Assembly: GCA_964016885.1 (NCBI GenBank)
Contig: OZ024742.1
Span: 173,042,001 to 173,106,000 of the forward strand
Direction of reading: 5' to 3'
Length of the DNA: 64,000 nt
Origin: Eledone cirrhosa
Taxonomy: Eukaryota
The notes below the pieces were generated by a model. It was not told where the DNA came from, did not search any database, and saw only the letters and a list, made by a program, of their open reading frames with translations. The position numbers were made by a program, and so were the translations under genes. This document shows, piece by piece, positions 9,484 to 22,260 of the stretch (position 1 is its first letter; each line of letters starts with the position of its first letter).

Positions 9484-12400
9484 ATGACCTCATCCAGAAT
9501 AGGCAGCATAAATGCGCGTGGCTTGGGGTCGTCATGGAAGCAGGGCCACCTGCTCAACGACCTCAGGTCACTAAACGGAGATGTAGTGGCCATCAGCGAG
9601 ACAGTATCTCCGAAGAACGGGCCTTCGCACCGATCTTCGGCGGGTACGATGTGTACGCATCTCCCACCCGTCCGGGATCGGGGGGGGGGATTTGCTATGC
9701 TTTTTCGGAGAGGTCTGGATCTCGCCATACGGGCCATTTTCCTGGACCCAGAAAGTAAATTAGTGGTGCTGGACGTGACCAGCGGAGACGGGAAAGATTT
9801 CAGGCTAGTAGTCGCCTATGCCCGGACAGGAGCAGGGCGGCCTGATTTCTCCCGGCGTCTGGAGTACTTTCTAGGAACCTCCCGCTCTTTAGTGTTAGTG
9901 GGCGACTGGAACGGGATCTTAGATGCACGCTGGGACTATGTGGGATTAGCGGATAGGGGAGGAGGGTGCAAGAGCCTCACCAACCTGCTCAGGCGTTTTG
10001 AACTGTCTGATAGGTACCGCTTGGATTTCCCGAATGTGCCAATGTGGACTTGGACAAATCTTATCGGGTCATCCAGATCTTATCTAAATAGAGTATTTTG
10101 TAGGGAAATAGATAGGTCTAGCATAGGCTGTTCACAATTCAAAATAGTCAGCTACACGGACCACAAATTCGTGATCTGTGTTCTTGACTTAGATAGGCTT
10201 CATAGACGAGGACCCGGCATCTGGAAGCTAAATGCGTCATTACCAGCGCGCAAGGCCTACAGAGACCGGATTAGCGAACTAGTTAAGCGGGCGTTGACGC
10301 CGGCCATCGTCAACAACAAGTGGTGGTTTGCTCTGAAAAGAGCGATTAGAATAGAATCCATTAGGTTTAGTAAGGCTTTACCAATAGAGAAAAGTAGAGC
10401 AGAGGGAGAACTAGTTAGAAAATTAGTCGAGGCGCTTAGCAAAGGCATTGCGACCGACGTGCTTGCGGCGAAATTGGCCCACGACCAATTCTTCAATGCA
10501 ATGCACGAAGGCTGCGTTGTCAGAGATAGGATGCGTACTCTCAGACACGAGGGGACGAAAGCCGTTCAATGGGCCCGGGTGGCGGAGGCGCATCGTGGAG
10601 ACATATACACAATCCGGTGTTTGGTGGACCACGACGAGCGCATGCTACTCGATCCCGGGCAAATGTGTGAAGCTTTTCAGCGACACTAGGTTCAGCTGTT
10701 CGGGGGCAGCGACAGGTCGGATCGGGGGATGGACTTTAGTATCTACCTCGACGGACTGCCGCGGCTCTCAGCCACTGAGGCTGAGTGTTGCGAAAAGCCG
10801 ATAACAGCCGCTGAAGTACGAGAGGCAATGACTGGCTGCACAACGGGTAAATCGCCTGGTTTGGATCGTCTCCCCTATGAACTTTACGTACAGATGCCAG
10901 ACTTGTTCGGAGCCTCTTGGCGGACGTCTACTGCAACTGGCAACATAACGGGACAATTCCCAGCTCTGTGAGCCGAGGAGCTGTGTCGCTGCTGAGAAAG
11001 GATCCGAACGAGGAGGATTACATAGATAATTTCAGGCCCATAACTCTGCTAAACACAGAGTTCAAGATTTTGACCAAAGTGTTAGCAAAGAGGTTGGCGC
11101 TTGTCGTTGGTGGACTGGTGGGACAGGTACAGACATGCGCCATTCCCGACAGATCCATCCACGACAACCTCCACCTCATGCGATACATCGTAGAGAAGAT
11201 AGATAGGGAACCTGGCACGGGTGGGTCCTTGATTAATTTGGATTAGTCGAAAGCTTTCGATACGATCGAGCATCGTTATTTAGCGGCAGTCCTGAAGGCG
11301 GCTGGCTATGGACCCGTCCTCAGAGGCTGGATCGCTGCCATGCACAGCGACATCTGCTCTGTGGTGAGAGTGAACGGTCACCTTTCGGAACCCTTCAACA
11401 TCATGAGATGTCCCCTCTCATGCCTATTGTACGTATTGACTCTCGAACCATTACTGCACAAACTGAAGATGTTGAGGGGGACCCGCGAGAACTAGGATGC
11501 GGAAGATCCGCGTCAGCATATGCGGACGATGTCACCGTAGTGGTGTCGAATGCCAAACACATCGAAGTTATCGGTACTACACTTAAATAATACGAAGCGG
11601 TGACATGAGCAATGATCAACCAGAAAAAGTCAGTGGGCGTGCAGCTCAGCACCTGGAAAAGCAGCTCCATGCCATCCTACAGCGTCGTGGGGCGCTGGAC
11701 GGTAGGACCGGTTAAATTGCTAGGGTTCTGTTTCGGTCCGGACCTCCAGACGGACACAAACTGGGACGAGGTGACGAGCAGTGTGGCTTCTCTCACCCAG
11801 AAATGGGCGGAGTGGAAGCTATGCCTAAAAGGTCGAGCGGAGGTGGCTAACGCGTACATCGCGTCCGTCATCTACTACCGCCTAACCGTCATACCTTGTC
11901 CTAAGCCCCGCCTGACTGTGCTGGAGCGTTTGCTCTTTCGGTTTTTGTGGAAGGGACGCGCTCCGATGGTCAGGCGATCCATCTGTTGTCACCAACCGCT
12001 ACGTGGAGGGATGGGAATGCCGTGGCTGATGATGCGCAGGCACGCGATCAGGTTACGACATCTCCACATCTTCCTCGACGGTGATCAGGGGAAGAGCGAC
12101 GACGTACTTGGGGAAACTCTAGGCGTCGACGAAAATCAACTAGACAATCTCTTCGGAAGAAATTTCGGGCCGGGGCCTATGGACAACTTCCAGAAATCTC
12201 TGGCATGGCAGTGCTACCGAGGAGCCTTGCCAGTTCGGGATAAAGTCTACAGGCATCGAGGTGCCGTCAGCCGAGCATGTCCGAGATATGCACGCACTCG
12301 TACAGTGTCCGAACATTGCTGACTTGTGGGTTTATGTCGAACACCTGCTGTTGCGTGAAGGACGGTTCCGGCTATCATCTGAGTCCATCGTGAGGATTGC

Positions 12401-12671
12401 CCCGCCCTCTACCTTTAGCCGGGAAGGGCAGGCAGTTTTAATCTGTATGGTGGCCATAGCGAAAGAGATAGTATGGTGGACATGTTTCAAAGGGCTGAAG
12501 ACGAGCACTTACCTCTTCAGTGATGCCCTGATTAACTTTTTCAAATTTCATTTGAAAAGGAAAATCAGAGTAGAGAGGGAAGTGCACTCTTCCCAGCATT
12601 TTGTTGAAAGATGGGTGAGAGAAACAAGAATGGCCCGAGTAAATGGGACTACTCTGAGTATGTGTCTGTAA
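9484..12671 (+). pseudogene. Tx1 ORF2 APE endonuclease-reverse transcriptase, with stops and frameshifts
   Basis: SINARG, VAISET, LVGDWN, YTDH, PGIWKLN (L1/Tx1 APE); GKSPGLD, FRPITLLN, SAYADDV (RT); ALPVRD C-terminal motif. Confidence 0.9.
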
Positions 12672-12950
12672 ATTAAAGGTGGAAAACTGGGAAAGGCCAC
12701 TTGCCTTGGTGGTCAGGGTCACTGTAGCCTTTTAATGGGCTTTCTCCACAAATGTCCCTCCGAAGTCTCCCTCCTATTGGGGAATTATTCATTGTTATTT
12801 TTTATTACATCCTCTGTTTTTGCTTTTTACACGCAGCAATGCCCATTTGTACCGTCCTGTATTGTCCTGCACTGTCCTTAATGTCTACTTTATGTAAACC
12901 CTTGTAGTTAATAAAGAAATCATTATTATTATTATTATTATTAATATTAT

Positions 12951-15900
12951 AGTTGCATTTATCTTGCTTTATGTTCATACGAGTTATCACCAAGTCACAA
13001 CCAGTGACCTCAAGAGACAACAAGTTCCGCCATGTTCAAGAAAGAACATAAATATTAACACATGCATCTTTAGTGTTTAGACTTGTGATGTACTTATATT
13101 GACAGAATCTTCCTTAGTATATGGGCAGTTCCCATTAGTACTATCTTTTGTATTTCTCCTATACGCGGGTTTCCTGGGATTTGCGATAAGTAATCATTAG
13201 AACCCTTAGGTATCATTCCCAGAGCGCCTACAACCACTGGTATTGTTTTATTTCTCAATTTCCACATTTTTCCAATTTCTATCTCCAAGTCCTTGCTCAA
13301 TTTTTCAAATGTTTTTATAGATACATTCTTGTCTATTGGAGCAGACATATCAATTAGCAGGCATACCCTCTTTTGAAAGTCTTTCAATATTATATCAGGT
13401 CTGTTTGCATCTATTTTTCGGTCTGTTTGGATGCTAAAGTTCCACAAGATTGAGATGTGATCTTTTTCAAGTATGGGAGGTGGTTGATGCTCCCACCAAT
13501 TCTTTTGATGGGGCAGGTCAAAATGCTTACACATTATCCAATGTATGTATTGTGCAGCTCTGTCATGCCTGTTTAGGTATTCGGTTGGAGTTATAGGACT
13601 GCACATTGAAATTATATGGTCAATGGTCCCTGGTTGTTTTTTGCATACACGGCATAATGGGCTGCACCCATTTTTTATTATGTTGGCTTGGTAATTTTTT
13701 GTTGGCAGACACTGATCTTGTGCCGATATAATCAGTCCTTCAGTTTCCGATTTTAGTCCAGAGGATGCCAACCACTGATGGGTTAAAGTTTTGACAACAT
13801 CAGGATTGTTAGCTCGCTCTGGGTATTTTCCATACAGAGGCTTTTCTTGCCATTTCTTAGCCAGTTTCTGTAGATGTTCTTTCTTTGCAGTTACTTTTAC
13901 CTGCTTTGCTTTTTCTGTGTTTTCCATTTCAGCAGTAAATGGGACTTCTGAAATGTGTAGTCCATTACTGCATCTTTGTGCATCTTTTGTAATGGAATAT
14001 GATCTTTTGATGCTTTCGTGTTTCAAAACGAGTTTGATCATCCAATCATGTGATTCCCTTAGATATGTAGATAATCCAATTGTTGCAGTTTTCAACGCAA
14101 TGTCTAACTGGATTAACCCACGTCCTCCTTCTTTCCTAGGGAGATATATTCTATCTATATCTGCCTTGGGGTGATGCATTCTATGCATGGTTAAGAATTT
14201 TCGAATTTTTGTATCGAGCCTACGGATCTCTGTGCTTGACCAGTTGATGACATTGTAACTGTAGGTTACTACTGGTATGGCAAGCGTGTTTATGGCATCG
14301 ATCCTATTCCTTGCATTCAATTCCGTTCTTAAGATTGCTCTTACTCTGCGGTAACATTCCTTCCTTATCTTTTCCCTCATTGTTGATTCCGTCTCCTTCA
14401 CAAACACCTAGATATTTGTAAGTATTTTCTTGATCAAGTTCTCTTATCACGTTCCCCCGATCAAGATTAATGTCTGAACTCTTCAGCAGCTTTCCTCTGG
14501 TGAACGTTGCTTTGGCGCATTTATCTAGTCCAAACTCCATTTTAATGTCATCACTGAACTGCTGCACAGTGGATAATAGCCCTTGCATTTGTTCATCATT
14601 GTTTGCAAATAGTTTCAGGTCATCCATGTAGAACAGGTGATTAATGGTTTTGTCATAGACTTTATATCCATGTTTTGTTTCATTGAGCATTTTACTTAAT
14701 GGTATAAGTGCGATGCAGAATAAAAACGGTGATAAAGAGTCACCCTGAAAAATTACACAATTAATATTAACTTCTCCAGCTTCCAGTGATTTTGTTTCAC
14801 TATTCAAAAGGAGTGTCGTTTTCCATGTCTTCATACTGAATGACAAAAACCTCCTGACAACGGGGGATATTTTGAAAATCTCTAAACATTTTTCAATCCA
14901 ACTGTGTGGCAAACTATCGAATGCTTTTTTATAATCTATCCAAGCAATCGATAGATTTTTGTGTCTATTACGACAATCTTCCAGTATCATTTTGTTAACC
15001 AGAAGCTGATCCTTACAGCCATATGAGCCTCGTTTACACCCTTTCTGCTCAATGGGAAATAGGTCATTTGTTATCAGGTGGTCATATGTGTATTCAGTTA
15101 GGACTGATTTTAAAATGTTATACATTGTGGTCAAGCAAGTTATCGGTCTGTAATTTTTGGGATTGTTTGTCTCATCATTCTTCGGAAGCAGGAATGTAAT
15201 GCCATTAACTAGCCATGAAGGTATCTTTTCTGGCTCCTTAACTATTTTATTGTAAGTTTGGGCTAACAGCTCATGAGACTCTGTGAAGGCATTTATCCAA
15301 AAGTTTTGTATTTTGTCTTTTCCTGGGGATTTCCATTTGCTGGTTTTTCTTAGAGCCAAGCGCAACTCTTCAACTGTTATATTTTCCCATGTTTGTTCCT
15401 CAAGGTGAGCTGTATCTTTCATTTGTCTGTCTATCCATGAGGCATGTATGTTATGAACTTTTTCTTCGGCCCAGATCTTTTCCCAGAATTCTTGCACTTC
15501 CTCCGTGGGTGGTATTGATTTAGCAGTTATTGTTGACTTACCAATTTTTATGTAGAAGTTTCTTTGGTTGTTTTTGAACATATTATTGTCCTTATAGAAT
15601 CTAGATCGTTTTTCAAAGCGCCTTATACGAGCAGCTTTGGCCGACACTTTTTGCTTGATTATTTCTATCAGCATGTCTATGTCACATGTTGATTTTATAC
15701 TGTACTTTTTTTTCAATTTTCTAAGTTTAGTTTGTTTAACATGTTCACCTACTTTATAGTTTGTTAAAATGTCTGTGTCCGATCGGAGAAGGTTTATTTG
15801 GCGATTGATGTTCTCTTGCCAATCAGATTTCTTGTGGGAATTCCTTTGTTTTTTCATCTTCACTCCACATAAGTAAGTGGTGACTTTAGCCGATGCATAA

Positions 15901-16837
15901 TAGAGATGATTTAAATCAGCAATGTTTAGTTTGTTTGTGATGATAATGTTTTTGAGAATTATGTTAGTCTTGTGTATTATCTTTTGATTCTGTTTGGAGT
16001 TCTGGATCTTAGGGAGGGTGTCTCGTTGCCCCATGTCAGATTCTTTCATTTTCATCCATTCGATCATAATTTCATCCTTCAAGTTGGCAAGTTCATTCTT
16101 ATTCATTTCTTTATCATTTACGATCTCATTATTTTCATTTGGAGTTTCATCCTGAGCATGCACTGCCTCCACTTTTTCAATCCTTTCTTTAATTTGTTCT
16201 GTTGCCAGTGATTCTGCCCCAACCCTGGGATTCCAAGTGTTACAGTTTACCTCGTTTTCACTGACACATGTTTCATTTTCCCTTCTCTGACTTTGTGCTA
16301 ATAGCTTGATCTGATCAATTTCTATATCAGTTAGTAACTTTTTTCTTACAATATTTCTTCGTATATTGGCTAGTCTGTTACTGTCAATATAGCCTCTGTT
16401 TTCGGGATGTTTCTTTTTCCAATTGATATATGTCTGTTCTGTATTCGATGTATTTGATGGGTAGTACATGGCAGTGCAGAAAGCCTCAAGGACTTCTTTA
16501 TTATCTTCCCTTGACCATTTTTCTCTCTTTTTCTTTGGATTTCTTGGTGGTGAGCATGGAGGGCCAACAGTAGGAGTATTCCGGTTATGGGAGGTCTCCA
16601 GCTCCGAAGTGATGGGAAGGTTTGAACCATTAGCTGATTTTTCGACCCCAGTCTGGTTCCTCTCTGAGGGACGCGGCCCTTTTTTACCCGGGTGACGGCC
16701 GATCCGGTATGAGATTTTATCATTAGACATTTACTTTATTTTGTCGCGTTTTATCCTTATCCGCCAAGGGGTAATCATTTCGTGTTACCACTTCTAGAAC
16801 GAGTGTCAACCAAGACTAGAGGGGTCGTTCTCCCCTA

Positions 16838-16838
<1 letters not shown>
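12951..16838 (-). mobile_element. Full-length R4/Dong-like RT-RLE retrotransposon, family 2
   Basis: (TAA)n on both flanks (12922-12950 and 16839-16885). Single ORF broken by one frameshift. Confidence 0.88.
13094..16730 (-). pseudogene. RT-RLE polyprotein with one frameshift near 14380
   Basis: NYRPITCL, WIDYKKAFD, IFQGDSLSPFLF, LFYMDDLKLF, YKYLG; then CRVC..HIISMC, RHD, RPDIILKD..LIDMSAP..EKLSK. Lacks the YK codons present in the copy at 40450. Confidence 0.9.
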
Positions 16839-16870
<32 letters not shown>

Positions 16871-16974
16871 GCTACTATTATTATTACTTTTTTTTCCCCA
16901 ATTCAATGATGTTCCAAAATAATATAAAAGAGATACTTGGCAATAAAGGTTCTGGAATAAAAGAGATAATTGGC

Positions 16975-19390
16975 AATAAGTGTTGGGGCCCCAGTTTATC
17001 ACAGCCTGGACCCGCTCGTCATCGTGTCACTGTAATAGAGCCAAACAAGTTATTTAGTCTTTGCTGCTGGAACGTACGGACGCTGCTTGACAGGGATTCC
17101 TTGGAGCGTCCTTAACGAAGACCGCTCCTGTTGCAGAGGAGCTTCGACGTTACGATCTTGACATCATGGCTTTATCTGAGACGAGCTTAGCTGTAGATCG
17201 TCATCTTACAGAATTCTGTGGAGATATATACATTTTCTGGAAAGGAAGAGATGAAGGATCCAGAAGAGAGGCTGTGGTAGCATTTTCTATTAAGACTGTT
17301 CTTCTGAATAAATTATAAGAATTCCCAGTAGGGATTAGTGAGCGTCTTATGTCCATGAGAGTTCCGCTGGACAAAGGAAGATATGCGACCCTGGTGAGTG
17401 TGTATGCTCCAACTATGAATTCTGTTGAAGATAAAGTCTTCTTTTACCATGCCATGAAATGTGTTTTAAGAAATATCCCTCAGGCAGACATAGTCATCGT
17501 GCTTGGTGACTTTAATGCTAGAGTGGGTAGGGATCTTAACACATGGAATGTAATCGCAAGGCATGGGGTTGGAAAGTATAACAGCAATGGTATGCTCCTG
17601 CTGCAGATGTGTGAGAAGCTGGATCTGTGTTACCAACACCATGTTCCAACAAAAGAACAAATTTAAGACCACATGGATGCATCCTGCATATAAGGAATGG
17701 CATCTTTTGTACTACGTCCTAATCTGGATGCGTGACAGACAGGCTGTGCATGTTCGTGCTCTTCGTGGAGCTGAGTGCTGTACGGACCACCGCCTAGTAC
17801 GCGCAAAAGTGAAACTAATCACTAAACGTAAAATCCGGGCTCCTGGTGTTGCCCTGCCCAGAATATTTAATGCTGCTCGTCTCAAGGATAAAAATGTGAA
17901 GAGGACATTGCAAGAAAAGATGGAGGTTTTAGATCTTGGTGAGGATTAGCCGACCCTTAACAAGTCGGTTAATGATGTAGGCAGGCGTGTTCTGGGATTG
18001 GTGCAGAGAAAACATCAGGACTGGTTTAATGAGAATGATGTATGTACATATAGAAGAATTGTTGGCTGATAAGAGGCGTGCTCTGTCACGCTATTTGACG
18101 GCAAAACCACAGGAGAAGCATATGTTGCATATGGAACTCTAGGATGTGAAATCACGTGTTAGGCGGACTCTTTCACAGATGAAGGATCAGTGTTGGAGTG
18201 AGAAGGCTGATGTGATACAAACTGCGTCAGATTCCAATAACACCACGCTGTTGTACAGTATCTTGCGTGAAGTTTATGGACCGTCTTCTTCTCTGGTGAC
18301 ACCGCTTCGCAGCAAGGATGGCAAATAACTTCTTCGTGACACACAAGGAATTCTACGAAGGTGGTGAGAGCACTTTGACGATCTTTTGAATCAGCCGTCT
18401 GTCGTCAGTGAAGATTTCCTAAATCTCATTCCAGAAAGTCCTGTGAAAGAAGCTCTGGTAGAACCTCCGACACTTGTGGAGGTTTCAATGGCTATCTCGA
18501 AGCTGAACAGTGGAAGGTCTCAAGGTATGGATGACATACATGCTGAGCTCCTACAATATCGTGGTGAGAGACTCCTGCAACATCTTCGTTCTTTGTTTGG
18601 CAGGATATGGGCTAATGAATCCATACCTGAGGACTGGAAAGATGCAGTAATGGTGGGCTTGTACAAGGGAAAGAGTAACAGGAATGGTTGTGGGAACAAC
18701 AGAGGTATATCATTGCTTTCTGTCGTAGGGAATTTTTTTATGTAGGGTGCTTCTGGACCGTCTGCTGACACACATTGCAGATTCTCTTCTTCCTGAAAGT
18801 CAATCTGGTTTTCGTGCTGGACGTGGCACTCCTGATATGATCTTCTCAGCTAGACAGCTCCAGTAGAAGTGATGGAACAAGGTTTGGATCTGTATCAGGT
18901 TTTTGTCGATATGACAAAAGCTTTCGATACTGTTAACAGAAATGCATTCTGGAAGGTTCTCCAGAAACTTGGTTGCCCTGATAAGTTCCTTGCTTTAGTT
19001 AGGTCTTTCCATGACGACATGAATTCTCTGGTTAATGTCGGAGGTAACATATCGGAGCCTATCTCAGTAAAACATGGAGTGAAACAGGGGGATATTCCAG
19101 CACCTACTCTGTTTGCCATATACATTGCAATGGTTTTCTATATTGTATTCAGGAATTGCGAGCATGGTAATTACATCCGATATCGAACCCCAGGCAACAT
19201 ATTTAACATCAGGGGCTTTGCTGCAAAAACAAAAGTATTTACATCAATCATAAGAGACCTCTTGTATGCAGATGAGGCGATCTTGTAGCGCACACAGAGA
19301 GTGATATGCAGCACATTTTGAATACATTTTCTAATGCTTGCACTGCCCTAGGATTGACTGTCAGTCTCAAGAAAACCGTCGTCATGTTGT
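16975..19390 (+). pseudogene. Decayed RTE-clade LINE (APE + RT), 3'-truncated
   Basis: CWNVRTLLDR, VSVYAPT, LGDFNARVG, TWMHP, CTDH, RGISLLS, FVDMTKAFDTV, GVKQGD.PAPTLF, LLYADE. Many stops and frameshifts. Confidence 0.88.
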
Positions 19391-19419
19391 TTTTTTTGGG
19401 GGGGGGGTCTCGTGCAATA

Positions 19420-19577
19420 GCCATACTACGTAACGAGGGGGCAGCCATCATGTATATATGTATGTATGTATGTATGTATGTGCGTATGCGTGTATGTGTG
19501 TATGTGTGTATCTGTGTGTGTGTCTGTGCGCGTGCGTGTGTGTGTGCGTGTGTGTGTATGTGTGTGTGTGCGTGGGT

Positions 19578-19648
<71 letters not shown>

Positions 19649-20213
19649 CCGAGACTTACCCAACCGATCTTTTTAAAACTTTAAATGTGTATTACTTATA
19701 TATCAGGGAGTGTTATGCACATAAAAAATTCAACTGTTGGCTCCGCTAGGTGAAAAACTGTGTTTATCCCAGCTCTTTAGCCATTTTCGAGGCGTTACGT
19801 CAGACGGATCCCCTTGAAATTGTAACTATGTATTAGTCTGTCTCTTCTTCATACCGTGAGCAAAGAAAATCCAACTTTTTTATGGCTTAAGACCTGCATT
19901 AGGTGAAAAACTTCATTTCTTTTAAGCTTTTTAGGGCTTTTTTGAGGCGTTACGTCTAGCTGATTTTCCTGAAATTTCAAGGCATATTATGCACGGAAAA
20001 ATAATACATTTTCTTGATCCCCTAGGGCCCGCATTAGGTTCAAACGTGGCTTTTTCCTGCTTCATCGAGGAAAATCTTAGATTATCCAGCCATCAGTGTA
20101 TTTGGTTTATTTTCTTTACATATTGTCCAGGCATGCAGTTTTTCCACGATTAGGTCTGTTGGCGGCCGCGTTCCAAAATACCATATCCCGTGCATCTCCG
20201 GGTACCAGTGCCT
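19420..20213 (+). mobile_element. Non-autonomous Helitron-like element with internal (GTAT)/(GT)n tract
   Basis: Microsatellite near the 5' end, internal degenerate repeats (tttgaggcgttacgtc twice). 3' subterminal GC hairpin cccgtgcatctccggg followed by a short tail; the terminal CTAG is not intact. Confidence 0.5.
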
Positions 20214-20313
20214 CTCTCTCTCTATATATATATATAGATTGATATATAGATTTATATATATTTTTATAACATAACAGGAGGCTGGACTGGGGTAATTCCT
20301 TAAAAGGTTTATT

Positions 20314-20371
20314 ATACTATGATCATTTCAATGACCGGGTTCAGTATGAATCGTGTGACATCATCAGGTAT
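20314..20371 (-). ncRNA. Type I minimal hammerhead ribozyme-like motif (weak stem II)
   Basis: Minus strand reads auac-CUGAUGA-(31 nt)-GAAA-UGAUCA-UA-guau. Stem I auac/guau; palindromic stem III AUGAUCAU. Confidence 0.5.
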
Positions 20372-20482
20372 TCGAAATATAACAAAGGAATTTAATAGAC
20401 AAAATCTATGGGGCTGAAAATCAGAGACATGAGGGTGACCGAACATTTAGCAGGTTCTACCCCGGTCGGCCGCCCTGCAGTG

Positions 20483-20553
<71 letters not shown>

Positions 20554-20556
20554 ATA

Positions 20557-20593
<37 letters not shown>

Positions 20594-20628
20594 GTATATA
20601 TATATGTGTATATATATATATATATATA

Positions 20629-21001
20629 TAAAGAATGAATAATAAAACAGGTAGACATCATAACAGGTAGTTTATTCAGAGTGCTTACAAATGTTTCAAC
20701 AGTAGTTACACAGCCTAGTCATGGTACGTGCAAATTGGTAGTTATTTATTTGCAGATACTCAATTTTCAAATGCTGCTTCTCCTACCGTGTCTTAAGAGC
20801 AGAATTCGAAATATAACAAAGGAATATAATAGAAGACGCGGTAGGAGAAGTAACATTTGAAAATTGATTATCTGCAAATAAATAACTACCAATTTGCACG
20901 TAGCATGACTAGACTGTATAACTACTGTTGAAACATTTGTAAGTACTCGGTATAAATTACCTTTTTCTGATGTCTACCTGTTTTATTATTCATTCCTTAT
21001 C
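20629..21001. repeat. ~165-bp inverted repeat arms next to (TA)n, with a mutated hammerhead; Penelope pLTR-like
   Basis: 20629-20794 is the reverse complement of 20833-21001. Minus strand 20682-20801 reads ugcu-CUUAAGA-c-acgguag...cuacugu-u-GAAAC-auuu-GUA-agca. Confidence 0.8.
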
Positions 21002-21154
21002 TACACTCCGGAATAGAGAAGATCAGAAACTGAGTTTCTTTAACTAGTCATCCATAACTCGTTGAGTAACCCCTCACCGTACGTCGACTCTATCTAGTGT
21101 AGTTATTAACCATTACTACATTCAGGATAATGCTAAGCATTTCTTGCACAACTA

Positions 21155-21207
<53 letters not shown>

Positions 21208-21387
21208 GGTATATATATATATATATATAGTTTTAATATAGATGAGACTCTACAGGACTAGAACTGTTTCATTCTTTAGAAATCATCAGGAATATTATAT
21301 ATTAAAACTGTTATACTCTGCTATGTATTGAGTACCTTACTTACTGTGGTTATCTCCGATTCAACTCGGAAAAACGTACCTATATAT

Positions 21388-21473
<86 letters not shown>

Positions 21474-21706
21474 TATATGTGTGTGTGTGTGTGTATATAT
21501 ACATATGTATATATATATAGACATGTATATATATATATATACATATATCTATAACAAGTTATTTTTATTGGTAATCCAGTTAGAGGTTGTAGTACTCTCT
21601 ATTGTGATAGTTTTAAGTACGGCGTTGTTTGACTCAACAAGAGGTTTCAATAGTTAGGTAGCAGGTTCGAGAGAATTCCTATGCAGGTTATTCTTGCAGT
21701 AATAAT

Positions 21707-22260
21707 AGTGAAGGATTGAAGAATTACATTGTCGGCTGTACAAATAGGGTTTTATTTCAGGTATTAACAATTGTTCCATTGATCAGGTGTTAGTATTATC
21801 TTTACACATACACTCACTCACTACCATCACTATTATCAGTAATGCACTGTGTAATTGCTGGCCTTGTGCCTAAAGTAGAAACAACTATTATCAGTAATCG
21901 CATTTTGTACTTATTATTTTGGGTAATTGCTGGCCTTGTGCCAAAAGTAGAGACAATTATTTTTTACTTAACTTTTACATCTGTGCCATCTTCACTCTAT
22001 CTTCTTTAACTCTGTATCATTATCTGTTATTATTGATGTTATTTTGATTCTCCGTTGTATCTCTATATATACCGATGCCATATGTAAAAACTCTAGTATT
22101 CTGATGAGTTGATCAGTCGTAATCACTCTATTTAAGGTCGAGTGACGCAACTTCGAGTGATTAGCGCCCTATAGACTCACCTGATCAATGAAACAATTGT
22201 TAATACCTGAAATAAAACCCTTTTTATACAGCCGACCATGTTATTCTTCAATCCTTCACT
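21707..22260 (+). mobile_element. Penelope pLTR-like element with inverted partial copy; SINE tail fragments inserted at ~21838-21960
   Basis: 21707-21789 is the reverse complement of 22178-22260. Ends in (TA)n and contains the hammerhead at 22096-22206. Confidence 0.65.
22096..22206 (+). ncRNA. Type I hammerhead ribozyme with long stem II insertion
   Basis: guauu-CUGAUGA-guugaucag...cugaucaau-GAAAC-aauu-GUU-aauac. 5-bp stem I, 9-bp stem II, palindromic stem III ACAAUUGU. Confidence 0.75.

Larger units (their letters stand above)
7077..12950 (+). mobile_element. Near-full-length L1/Tx1-clade LINE, copy A (decayed)
   Basis: 5'UTR shared with 46130-46345 (reverse complement). ORF1 with zinc knuckle, ORF2 APE-RT, 3'UTR with AATAAA and (TTA)n tail. 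Confidence 0.9.

Noticed and set aside
21262-21292. Minus-strand CUGAUGA..GAAAC motif
   Set aside because: No stem I partner; at most a decayed remnant.
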